Below, in pieces: positions 13,371 to 26,919 of a stretch of 64,000 nucleotides of DNA. Source of the stretch: Eledone cirrhosa (taxonomy: Eukaryota); NCBI GenBank assembly GCA_964016885.1, contig OZ024743.1:116312001-116376000 (forward strand), given 5' to 3'. A program made the translations under genes and the position numbers. Below the pieces are notes generated by a model, which had not been told where the DNA came from, did not search any database, and was given only the letters and a program-made list of their open reading frames with translations. Numbering within the stretch: the stretch's first letter is position 1; every line of letters starts with the position of its first letter.

Positions 13371-15033
13371 TAAAAAACATGGTGTTTTTATTAAATATGG
13401 ATTTGAAAACAAAATTTACGAAATATTCCTTAAATGTTGTTTTCAAATCCATATTTAATAAAAACACAATATTTTTTTATCCATTCTGACGAAACAGATT
13501 TAGCAATTACCAAGTGCGTTACTGGTAAATGAAATAATAATCTTATTTTGTTTATTATATAGCTAAAAATATATATATATATATATATATACATAATCAA
13601 TTTATATAATTTAACAACCCCATATATATATATATATACAATTAAGTTAAAAATGTACATCCACATATGTATACTGAAATACTAGTATGCATATGAATAC
13701 ACACACGTATACATATGTAGATGTACCGAGTTTTTTCACTGGTCACTTTACTGTGAGTGTCCAGCTATTCTGTATGTAAACACAGACAAACCGGTTTTTA
13801 GAGTCATACTGGTTTTTGAGGAAACACCTTTCCTCTATTCTCCAGAAAGCCAGACAAGGAATATTGAACTAGTTTCGTTGTTGTTACAACTCATCAGCAA
13901 TATTTACCTATCTTCCGGCCTTTCTAGAGAATCGTAAAAGCACATATCGTTATATGCTTTTTCTATGAAAATTAGTAGTGGGCAGACTAATTTGCATAGA
14001 GCGTGAGTACGTACCGGTTCAACGGAGACGATAAAAACGAATAACGAAACGAAATTAAATTTCGCTTCGTTTGTAACTCACTTTTGTATGACTGACGCTT
14101 AAACAATTAAGTTAAAAATGTACATCCACATATGTATACTGAAATACTAGTATGCATATGAATACACACACGTATACATGTGTATATGTACCGAGTTTTT
14201 TTCACTGGTCACTTTACTGTGAGTGTCCAGCTATTCTGTATGTAAACACAGACAAACCGGTTTTTAGAGTCATACTGGTTTTTGAGGAAACACCTTTCCT
14301 CTATTCTCCAGAAAGCCAGACAAGGAATATTGAACTAGCTTCGTTGTTGTTACAACTCATCAGCAATATTTACCTATCTTCCGGCCTTTCTAGAGAATCG
14401 TAAAAGCACATATCGTTATATGCTTTTTCTATGAAAATTAGTAGTGGGCAGACTAATTTGCATAGAGCGTGAGTACGTACCGGTTCAACGGAGACGATAA
14501 AAACGAATAACGAAACGAAATTAAATTTCGCTTCGTTTCTAACTCACTTTTGTATGACTGACGCTTAAACAATTAAGTTAAAAATGTACATCCACATATG
14601 TATACTGAAATACTAGTATGCATATGAATACACACACGTATACATATGTAGATGTACCGAGTTTTTTCACTGGTCACTTTACTGTGAGTGTCCAGCTATT
14701 CTGTATGTAAACACAGACAAACCGGTTTTTAGAGTCATACTGGTTTTTGAGGAAACACCTTTCCTCTATTCTCCAGAAAGCCAGACAAGTAAAGTGACCA
14801 GAAAGCCACTCACAGTAAAGTGACCAGTGAAAAAACTCGGTACATCTACATATGTATACGTGTGTGTATTCATATGCATACTAGTATTTCAGTATACATA
14901 TGTGGATGTACATTTTTAACTTAATTGTTTAAGCGTCAGTCATACAAAAGTGAGTTACAAACGAAGCGAAATTTAATTTCGTTTCGTTATTCGTTTTTAT
15001 CGTCTCCGTTGAACCGGTACGTACTCACGCTCT

Positions 15034-15041
15034 ATGCAAAT
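15034..15041 (+). promoter_or_regulatory. Octamer motif ATGCAAAT in each monomer
   Basis: Exact octamer about 90 bp upstream of the HHR. Conserved in the related family at 23160-23167 (minus) and 23462-23469 (plus). Confidence 0.5.
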
Positions 15042-15126
15042 TAGTCTGCCCACTACTAATTTTCATAGAAAAAGCATATAACGATATGTGCTTTTACGAT
15101 TCTCTAGAAAGGCCGGAAGATAGGTA

Positions 15127-15171
15127 AATATTGCTGATGAGTTGTAACAACAACGAAACTAGTTCAATATT
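15127..15171 (+). ncRNA. Minimal type I hammerhead (also 15592-15636 plus; 13860-13904 and 14326-14370 minus)
   Basis: aatattg CTGATGA gttg-taacaa-caac GAAAC ta GTT caatatt. 7-bp stem I, palindromic AACTAGTT stem III. Confidence 0.9.
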
Positions 15172-15687
15172 CCTTGTCTGGCTTTCTGGAGAATAGAGGA
15201 AAGGTGTTTCCTCAAAAACCAGTATGACTCTAAAAACCGGTTTGTCTGTGTTTACATACAGAATAGCTGGACACTCACAGTAAAGTGACCAGTGAAAAAA
15301 CTCGGTACATCTACACATGTATACGTGTGTGTATTCATATGCATACTAGTATTTCAGTATACATATGTGGATGTACATTTTTAACTTAATTGTTTAAGCG
15401 TCAGTCATACAAAAGTGAGTTAGAAACGAAGCGAAATTTAATTTCGTTTCGTTATTCGTTTTTATCGTCTCCGTTGAACCGGTACGTACTCACGCTCTAT
15501 GCAAATTAGTCTGCCCACTACTAATTTTCATAGAAAAAGCATATAACGATATGTGCTTTTACGATTCTCTAGAAAAGCCGGAAGATATGTAAATATTGCT
15601 GATGAGTTGTAACAACAACGAAACTAGTTCAATATTCCTTGTCTGACTTTCTGGAGAATAGAAAATTTAATTTCGTTTCGTTATTCG

Positions 15688-15729
<42 letters not shown>

Positions 15730-15780
15730 CAACATACATAATTTAGCACCCTCATATATATATATATATTAGTGCGTGCG

Positions 15781-15887
<107 letters not shown>

Positions 15888-16232
15888 CTGTTTGTGTGTG
15901 TTTTTGATTATTTGTGTATGTGTGCGTGTGCACGCGCGCATATATGTACACACATTATTTAATGGCCTTTAGCCTAATGCAGTTTTTGAACAATTTTGAT
16001 ATAATTCATTTAAGAGATCTACGCAAAGAAATTGGGAACTTATTTACAACACTGGAGCACAAATTATTAGAGATTCATATGTAGTGATTTATGACGTTAT
16101 TAAATACCTGCAGTTATGCCATATTCCCTATTTACAATGTAATATAAAGTAAACTGAAGAATATTTGTACTTACACAATCGTGCATACACACACAAACAC
16201 ACGGACAGACTCAAGCGCACACACATATAGGC

Positions 16233-16286
<54 letters not shown>

Positions 16287-16289
<3 letters not shown>

Positions 16290-16740
16290 TAAAAGGAAAA
16301 GAAAATGCTGACAATTGTTCCCAGTGAAAAATAGTTTAATTAGGAATAAGTATAAATTAGTAATAAGTATTGGTTAGTATTCAGTTTTAGTTTTAAGTTT
16401 TTACCGGTTGCGCATTTCTCATGCTTTTCAAAAATAATTTTAAGATCGAGCACCCGTGATGTTTGCTCTAATCTGATCAGTTTTGGAAATTCTTCCTGTT
16501 TTATGTGAAAAAAGTGGCTCCAGAGGTATTAAAATTTGGTTGGTTGTTGAGGGTCACGTGAATGAGTACTATAAATTTCGCGCCAATTCGTGTTGCAGAG
16601 ATTATTGTAGTCAAAATAATTTTGGTTGGTCGGTAGAGGTCACGTGAATGTTAAAAATTGATTTTGCACCAAATGTAGGTTTGTCGAAGAGTGTCCTTTT
16701 TCTCCTGATTGAGAAGTCAGTGAAAAATAAGTCTTTTAAG
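16287..16740 (-). repeat. Dispersed repeat, probable PLE pLTR remnant (second copy 25007-25200)
   Basis: Shared ttggtaaa..gaaaatgctgacaa...ttttaccggttgcgcatttc. Both copies abut (TA)n. Confidence 0.6.
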
Positions 16741-16962
16741 ACAAATATGTGTGTGTGTGTGTGTGTGTGTGTAGTAAAGAGGTTCATTGTTGTGATAATG
16801 GTCAGTAGGGATATGTGTGTGAATTGCAGTCATGTTGAAAGATCAACAGTTCAGGTGTCTATTAAGACAAGTATGAGTGTGTGTGTGCGTATGTCTTTTT
16901 GTATGTTAGTGTACGCGTGTGTATGTGTGTGTATATGTGTGTGTGTATATGTATGTATGTCT

Positions 16963-17010
<48 letters not shown>

Positions 17011-17065
17011 ACCACTATTTTTGTGATACTGGTAACAATGGTGTACATTATACATATATATATAC

Positions 17066-17183
<118 letters not shown>

Positions 17184-17204
17184 GTGTATATATATATATA
17201 TATA

Positions 17205-18830
17205 TAGGAACCAGTAAGACCCCGACAGCTGAGCTCAAGCCGTTTCGACGGCTAATTCTGGACTAAATGAAAATTTATCCTGGTATTTAAATAGCCGATC
17301 TTCTCAAGGGGTAATTCCATATATGGTCAAAGTGATTGTCAAAAATCAGTAGTAATTCTGTGGTTGCAAATTAGTAGGGGAGATGGTGGCTAAACCTGCC
17401 AGTAGGAGAAAGAGGGGAGGGGGTGGAGTAGCCCCAATCAAGCGTTTGTAGTGCCAGCTACAGCTGGGCATGAGGTCAAAGAAGATACAGGGGAGGGGGA
17501 GGGGGAGGAAGTCGGCACGGTAGGTAGAACAATGGGGGGTAGAAATAAAAATACTGAGAGTGAAGAAAAGCAAATAAGTGTAAAGAAAAACAAATGAGTG
17601 TAAAGAAAAAAGTGAAGTAAATTAAATTCTACGACCTAGGTCTCTAGCTATTGTTAGTCTAGAATAAATAAATAAAGAAAGAAAGAAAGAAGTAAAGAAA
17701 GAAATAAAGAAATAACAAAATAAGTAAAAGAACTAGGTGGGACGGTATAGGCGAGGACCCTTTTAAGAGGTATAAGTACGTAAATGATACGGTGACGGGT
17801 CAACAAAAGGGGCCAAAATACTAAAGAGACTACCACGAAATAAACAATAAAGGTTTCCATCCCGGGCACAATTCCAGCAACCACCCAGTGCAGCAAAGTG
17901 AACTAATACGAGATAATAATTCTGAGTCCCGAGAAAAATATATACTAATGCTAACTCTAAAAGATCTAAAACAAGCTACATGAAAGTTCGTACGAAGTAA
18001 AGGTAGAATACGGAAGAATAAATTCAGAATCCACCCCGCCCAAAAGAAAAGCGAAGAAAGAAATACTGAAACGAAAAAATAAGGCATAAGTGCCACTAAG
18101 AAATATAGAGGGCACAGAGAATAGTGGGAGCGGTCGGAAAAAGGGGACAAGTGTCCGGGGTCTAAACCAACTGCTATAAAGGGCGGAGTCCGCCAAATCT
18201 ATCCTAGACTAGGGGAGGGGGTGGGGGTACTAAGGCTACAAGGGGCCAAAGGGCAGCCTCGGGTGGGCGAGAAAAGACGCCGACAAAGGAGAAGAGCTGG
18301 GGTAGAAGGACTAAGGAGAGAGGGGGGAAGGAAGGAAATAAAGGAAGCGATAAAAGAATACAAAGAAGATCTTACGTCTCCCTTGGCAAGCAGAGGTTAC
18401 CCATTGCAAAATCGGCAAGTGGGGTGTTATAGCCCTAGTCTACCCCCCGGGTCATTATGGGGTTTGAGGGCGAGGTAAGTCCTACGCAATCTATGTTTAC
18501 ATGCAGTAACCAGTTCATCTTTCTTGTTTAGGAGTTGGTCCGTCGAAAACAGCATTTGTAAAGTTTCCTCCGAGCATAAATTGCACGGACGGCGTCCTCC
18601 CGTGTAAGAATTGGCTCTGGACAGTAATCTCCAAGTGAGATCATAGGTGATGTTGTTGTCCTTGAGGTCCCATATGTGGCCCGAAAGTGTAGTGGCGCGA
18701 CGCCGGGCCGGGTTTCGGAAGGTATGTCTATGTTGGTATAGCCGGGTCTTGAAGTCACATGTCAGCTAATGAGCGGATATTCGATGAACATGCGCCTTAT
18801 TACAACCAGGCCCTCAAGCGGAGTGGTTTA
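17205..18830 (-). mobile_element. PLE 3' portion with short inverted RT piece
   Basis: Minus strand about 18480-18630: ARAYSYTGGRRPCNLCSEE..LLNKKDELVTACKHR (GIY-YIG tail). Plus strand about 18760-18830: MSANERIFDEHAPYYNQALKRSG (RT thumb). Confidence 0.8.
17220..17311 (-). ncRNA. Type I hammerhead, U3-A8 variant
   Basis: Reverse complement: cccc TTGAGAA gatcggcta...tagccgtc GAAAC ggct-tgagctc-agct GTC gggg. The 3' half recurs at 58449-58500. Confidence 0.75.
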
Positions 18831-18858
18831 CACTTATATATACACATATATATATATA

Positions 18859-19117
18859 TAGTGAAAGAGTGAAGAATAAGATGGTCAACAGTAAAAAAGG
18901 TTTTATTTAGTATATTAACAATTGTTTCATTGGTTAAGTTGTATTAAAATTGGTAAACACTTGAAATTGTGTCACTCAATTTTAAATACGATGTATGCTT
19001 AACAAAATCATCGGAAAAACTGTTTAAAATTATACACAGCGTTTGCAAATTCAACTTTCAAAATCATTAATAAAGAAAGAAAAAAAAAGAAAAGAAAAAG
19101 ACAGAGAGAAAAAAAAG

Positions 19118-19164
<47 letters not shown>

Positions 19165-20426
19165 AGAAAAAAAAGAAGAAAAAAAAGATAAAGAAAAATA
19201 GATATAAAAAATAAAAGTATTGATAATAAATGAATAATAATAAATAAGTGATGGCGAAGATGATAAAAAATAAATAAAACATTTTATGTGTGCCAAGAAA
19301 ATGAACATAACTGTGTGGTTGGTTGCTAAAATATAAAGATATGATGGTATAATCATGAAAGCATTAAATATATTCATATATGTATTGTTTAAATTAATAA
19401 ATTAATAAATTGGAAGTTATATTAGAAGTGAAGATAATACAATAGGTTATAATGTAGGAGATGAAATATATTTAGGGAAAGAAATTAAAAGATAGAAAAT
19501 GAAAGAGAGAAAATATAATAGGTTATGATGTTGATTCATTGACAGTTAATAACAATAGTAACAACAATGATGATAATGGGTTATTATAATAGACTCAGGT
19601 GGTATAATTTGAATTATGGAATTGCTGGGTCGAATCAAGTCGGTTTGAAGTTATCAAATTTATTTGCGGGTTTGTGTCTACAGAAAATTGACCGCTCAAT
19701 GTTGCTGTTAAGCAGCATTTTGTCATATTTTAAAATATGGAATAATTCCATATTGCAAAATTTGATAACTTCAAACCAACTTGATTCGACCCAGCAATTC
19801 CATAATTCAAATTATACCACCTGAGTCTATTATAATAACCCATTATCATGACTGTTGTTATTATTGTTATTAACTGTCAATGAATCAAGATCATAACCTA
19901 TTATATTTTCTCTCTTTCATTTTCTATCTTTTAATTTCTTTCCCTAAATATATTTCATCTCCTACATTATAGCCTATTGTATTATCTTCACTACTAATAT
20001 AACTTCCAATTTATTAATTTATTAATTTAAATAATACATATATGAATATATTTAATACTTTCATGATTATACCATCATATCTTTTTTATTTTTTTTTATC
20101 ATCTTCGCTATCACTTATTTATTATTATTCATTTATTATCAATACTTTTATTTTTTCTCTCTACTTTTCTTTTTCTTTATTTTTTTTTCTCCTTTTTATT
20201 TTTCTTTCTTTATTAATTATGTTGTAATTTGAATTTTCAAACGCTGTGTATAATTTTAAACAGTTTTTCCGATGATTTGGTTAGGCATACATCGTATTTA
20301 ATATTGAGTGACATAACTTCAAGTGATTAGAAATTTTAAGACAATTTAAACACTGAAACATTTATTAATACTGTAAATGAAACCATTTTTGTACTGTTGA
20401 CCATGTTCTTCTTCACTCTTTCACTA
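18859..20426. mobile_element. PLE 3'-end palindrome
   Basis: Arms 18859-19660 and 19759-20426. The spacer reads YDKMLLNSNIERSIFCRHK on the minus strand (GIY-YIG C-terminus). CCGATGA...GAAACaattGTT at 18917-19014 minus. Confidence 0.85.
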
Positions 20427-20662
20427 TTATTACTCCAAGATTAACTTACATAGGAATTCCTGAGAACGTATATACTCCATACCAAAGGAAACTTCTTGTT
20501 GAATCAAACAACGCCGTACGCTAAAATTATTCACAATGCTGAGTATTCACAACCTCTAACTGAATTACCTGTAACGATAATTTGTTATCCCTTATACATA
20601 TATATATATATATGAAAATAAAGATCCTAAGGCATGGTATAACAACTATATATATATATTCA

Positions 20663-21745
<1,083 letters not shown>

Positions 21746-21796
21746 AAAAATATATATATATGTATGTGTGTATATATATATATATATGTGTGTGTG

Positions 21797-22800
21797 TGAC
21801 TACCCTTCCAAACACCCTAACAATAGACTACCAGAATTAGACAAAACCTACCCTTTTAAGAAAACCCACTGTACTAATAGAAAATGTATTATATGTAAAG
21901 TAAACTCGCGGATAAACTGTAAAACTAGAAACGTAGTCTATAGCATAAGATGTACAGAGGGTACTTGCAGAAACATGACAACAACATACAAAGGCGAGAC
22001 AGCTCGTAGCATAGGTGAAAGGATAGACCAACACTGGGGGGAACTAAAAGGACGAAAAAACGGGTCAGTACTATACCAACATGCCAGACAACAACACGAC
22101 GGTAACATAGACAACATAGAAATTAAAATAATATCTAAACATAGAAATGGCCCAGCAGATAGGCAAATCAGAGAGGCCAGTGAAATAGAACTTAGAAGGC
22201 CAAAGCTAAACAGAAAAATGAATGGAATAACAACAACACGCAAACAAAAAATACTGACCTAAGAGAAGTATTAATAAATAAATAAATAAATCATACACAA
22301 GCACAATAACAACAAACACATATAAACACACACTAGTAAACTAAGATAGAATACAATAACCAATACACAGTCACCCAAACACGAACACACATCAAACACT
22401 ATACACACACGCAAACGCATGCACAGAGAAGACAAGAATAAATAAATAAATAAATAAACAAACTAAATAAAGATGGCGTAGGCATACAATACAACAGGAG
22501 GAAACATAATAGCACCACTGACGATGTTGACGATGATGCGATGTTGCAACGAAAGAACTTTGCTATATATTTGTGTTTGTGTCTATATTATATCTCTATT
22601 TTTGACCGTTGGTCAGTCAATGGTAACATTGACGATCGAATATTTTAAATTAACTGATATAAAAGATACAGAAGCGAAAACCAACCAAACAGTGAGTGTG
22701 TTCCGTTATTAATTCTGGCAATATTATTACACAAATATGACCCTTCCCAAGTATAACAAAGTATAACACGATTTCATATAAAAAACCTCTCAAAACTAAT
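21797..22800 (+). mobile_element. Internally deleted copy of the Naiad-like PLE at 37490-40838
   Basis: DYPSKHPNNRLP is joined directly to KTYPFKKTHCTNRKCIIC...YKGET, followed by the same pLTR. Confidence 0.9.
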
Positions 22801-22809
22801 ATATATATA

Positions 22810-23836
22810 TATAAGTATGTATACGTACATACATATATGTATACAGACGTACAGTAGTATGTATGTATATATACATGCACATATATATATATATATATAT
22901 ATGTACGTATGGATTCACCGAACATTTATTATAATTGTTTCTACTTTAGGCACAAGGCCAGTGTTTGTAAACAAACATCCCGAATTAAGCCGTACAGAGT
23001 CTAGCAACCATCGTTGCCCATTTGTTCAACACTGACAAAGGAACGCTGTACTAGTTTCAAGCTTATTAGCTATCGTCAGCAACGTATACCCTCCTGCCAG
23101 ATGGTTGAACGTCTGAAAGTATATAATTTCCTTATGCATATTAACGACTGAGCAGCCTAATTTGCATATCGAGGGAGATAATGGGCCGATGGTTAATAGA
23201 CACTGTACGGCTTAATTCGGGATGTTTGTTTACAAACAGACAGAGCATTATAATAAATGTTCGATGAATCCATACGTACATATATATATGTGTGTGCATG
23301 TATGTATATATATATATATATATACTACTGTACGCCTGTATACATATGTACGTATACCTACTCATATTTAAGTAACAGCTGTACTAAAATTGAGAAATTA
23401 AATTTCGTTTCATTTTTTTCGTTTATCGTTCTCGGTACCCCGGCCGATTAACTCACTCGATATGCAAATTAGGCTGCTCAGCCATTAATATGCATAAGGA
23501 AAGTATATACTTTCAGATGTTCAACCATCTGACAGGAAGGTATACGTTGCTTGAAACTAGTAGAGGGTTCCTTTGTCAGTGTTGAACAAATGAGCAACAA
23601 TGGTTGCTAGACACTGTACGGCTTAATTCGGGATGTTTGTTTACAAACAGACCGAGCATTATAATAAATGTTCGGTGAATACATACGTACATATATATAT
23701 GTGTGCATGTATGTATATATATATACATACTACTGTACTTTTGTATACATATATGTATGTACGTATACATACTTATATTTAAGTAACAGCCGTACTAAGA
23801 ATGAAAAATGAAATTTCGTTTCATTTTTTCCCGTTT
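22810..23836. repeat. Second retrozyme-like fold-back/tandem family (about 410-430-bp monomer)
   Basis: 22810-23180 is inverted against 23190-23836. Tandem landmarks at 23199 and 23610. A further fragment lies at 29270-29445. Confidence 0.8.
23044..23084 (-). ncRNA. Minimal type I hammerhead
   Basis: Reverse complement: cgttg CTGACGA tagct-aata-agctt GAAAC ta GTA cagcg. Confidence 0.82.
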
Positions 23837-23860
23837 ATATATATATATATATATATATAT

Positions 23861-24940
23861 AATTGCAAGTTTGAAGAAAAGTTAGGTAAAATATATCCAA
23901 TCCTTCTTCACCCTAATCCGTAGAAATCAACTAGATAAATAATCATTTAAACGGAGGTAAGTTTCAAATGTAACTTCGAAGAAATAACAGATAAATGATA
24001 TAGACTATTCCCCGCGAGGAACAGTTAGATACAATTTACCCCGTCTTTCTTCTCAGCCCGTAGAAATTAACTAAACAAATAATCAATTAAACGGAGCTAT
24101 GTCTAAAATGTAAGTTTGAAGAAAGAATGCATATAAACTTTACCAAAATTCCTCTAGTCCCGACTATCGATAGTTTCGCTCGTACTTTGTAGATATGTAC
24201 AATCCTGGTATTACCCATAAGATTTAGATCTTATCAAGCGACTCCCTCAAGTTTGGACTAAAATTTCTCCAATGATCGCCGCCAGAAATTAATTCAAAAT
24301 GGGTAAGAATCATCACGTGGCTAGCGGTCAAAGTAGAAGGCTGGGAATGGTAGGCCAGGTGGCAGGTAGGTTGGCTGCAACAAAGAGCAGTTAGATACTG
24401 CTTAAGGTTTACTCTACCGAACGGGAGTTTAGAATAAATTCATGAGGATATATATGTATATATTTAGACATAGTCACATAAATATATGAGTGTGGCAACC
24501 TTTCCCGGTGTGCCTCAAACTTAATTAAGCAAATAATTATTAATCAGAGCTATATAAAATTGCAAGTTTGCAGAACAGTTAGATAACATATACCCAATCT
24601 TTCTTCACCCGAGTCCGTAGAAATCAACAAGATAAATGATCATTTAAACGGAGGTAAGTTTACAATGTAACTTCGAAGAAATAACAGATAAATGATATAG
24701 ACTATTCCCCGCGAGGAACATTCAGGTAAAATGTACCCAGTCTTTCTTCTTAGCCCGTTAAAATTAACTAGACAAATAATCAATTAAACGGAGCTAAGTC
24801 TAAAATATAAGTTTGAAGAAAAAGTGCATATAAACTTTACCAAAATTCCTCTAGTCACGACTAGATAGTTTCGCTCGTAATTTGTGGATATATCCAATCC
24901 TGGTATTATCCATGAGGCTTAAAGCTTATCAAGAGACTCC

Positions 24941-24943
<3 letters not shown>
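23861..24943 (-). repeat. Partial tandem repeat (period about 697 bp) with U3-A8 hammerheads at 24156-24243 and 24853-24938
   Basis: Reverse complement: agtc(g/t)c TTGATAA g...gagc GAAAC tatc(ga)ta GTC g(g/t)gact in both copies. Confidence 0.75.
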
Positions 24944-25010
<67 letters not shown>

Positions 25011-25244
25011 TAAACGGAATAGAAAATGCTGACAAATTGTTCACAGTTGAAAAATGGTTTAATTAGGAATAAAAGAGTATTAGTGATTGTATGGGTTAGT
25101 ATTCAGTTGTGGTTTTAAGTTTTTAAGTTTTTACCGGTTGCGCATTTCTAAATGCTTTTCAAAAATAATTTTGAGATAGAGTGTCCGTGCTGTTTGCTCT
25201 GTTTACCAATATATAATAACTTGTGTGATACACCTCTATTCTTT

Positions 25245-25321
<77 letters not shown>

Positions 25322-25326
25322 TTATG

Positions 25327-25542
<216 letters not shown>

Positions 25543-25690
25543 CACACAGATACATGCGGAGACATACATATACATGAATATATCCACATATATCCTTGAG
25601 TTAGTGGTACCAACCTCAACCGATGTTGCTCTATGAATAACTGGGATAAACTAATCCGAACGTTTAGATTGATTCAGTATCAGAGCTATA

Positions 25691-26250
25691 TAATACATTA
25701 TGAAGAGAGAAGAAACATTAGATATAATTAATAATAAGACATATCATACCCAAACTGCTTCTTTAGTCCCCGACTACGTTGTTTCGTGGCATATTATGGA
25801 AAAACACTACATCACAGAGATATAGAATTTTTGTGAGATCTGCCGACTTATCAAGTGGGTACCTCATTAAAAGTTTCAAAACACGTCTGTAGGACGCGAG
25901 ATAGAATCCCGAAAGTCGGAGGGGGAGTCAATCACGTGATACAGCGGTCAAGAAATAGAGCTAAGCCTCTTATAATCCTGCAAAAATACCACGGAGGCGG
26001 AGGGGGTACTTATATCAACCGCCTTTCGGGATTGTATCGCGCGTCCTTCGAACGTGTTTTGAAACTCTTAATGAGGCATCCTCTTGATAAGTCAGTAGAC
26101 CTCACAAAAGTTCTATATCTCTGTGATGTAGTGTTTTTGCATAATATGCCACGAAACTACTTAGTCGGTGACTAAAGAAGCAGTTTGGGTATGATATATC
26201 TTATTATTAATTATGTCTAATGTTTCTTCTCTGTTCATAATGTATTATAT
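25691..26250. repeat. Fold-back element with U3-A8 hammerhead-like motif (26080-26170 plus; mirror 25767-25858)
   Basis: Arms 25691-25855 and 26083-26250. TTGATAA gtc...gccac GAAAC tactta GTC gg. Confidence 0.7.
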
Positions 26251-26279
26251 ATTAGAAACAATTATATATATATATATAT

Positions 26280-26388
<109 letters not shown>

Positions 26389-26695
26389 ATATCCAAGGAA
26401 AATTATATTATAATTATTATATATAGTACCCAAGGAAAATTTCAAACGTTTAGATATGTTCCCTGGCTATGTCAAAATTTACAAAACACACTTTGTATTT
26501 TATCTGATTAAAGCGTACCAAAGTTTTTGGTACTCTTGAAATATATATAATAGAATAAATATGGTTTTATAAATATAGTTTCCATTTATTTAATATCATT
26601 GAATATTATATTCGAGAAAAATTGTTGAGTGCTCTGAATCAGTTATACAAATTTATTTAGTTGTTGAATTACCAACAAATTGAATATCCCTTCTG

Positions 26696-26771
<76 letters not shown>

Positions 26772-26833
26772 ATATTTAATTTGTTGGGATACAACAGGCA
26801 AAATATTTTCATAACTGATATAAAGCACTCAAC

Positions 26834-26902
<69 letters not shown>

Positions 26903-26919
26903 AGCGGTGCAAGCGGTTA

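Larger units (their letters stand above)
13638..15692. repeat. Retrozyme-like array of 465/466-bp monomers: about 2.5 units, an inversion, then about 1.8 units
   Basis: Units start at 13638, 14103 and 14569. Inversion at about 14790-14808. Near-identical copies, with (TA)n on both sides. Confidence 0.92.

Noticed and set aside
14152-14403. 83-aa ORF repeated in the 465-bp monomer
   Set aside because: Antisense to the HHR, and a stop plus an indel disrupt it in other units. No recognisable domain.
13638-15692. CRISPR-like array
   Set aside because: Whole 465-bp units repeat with no unique spacers. Eukaryotic context with no cas genes.
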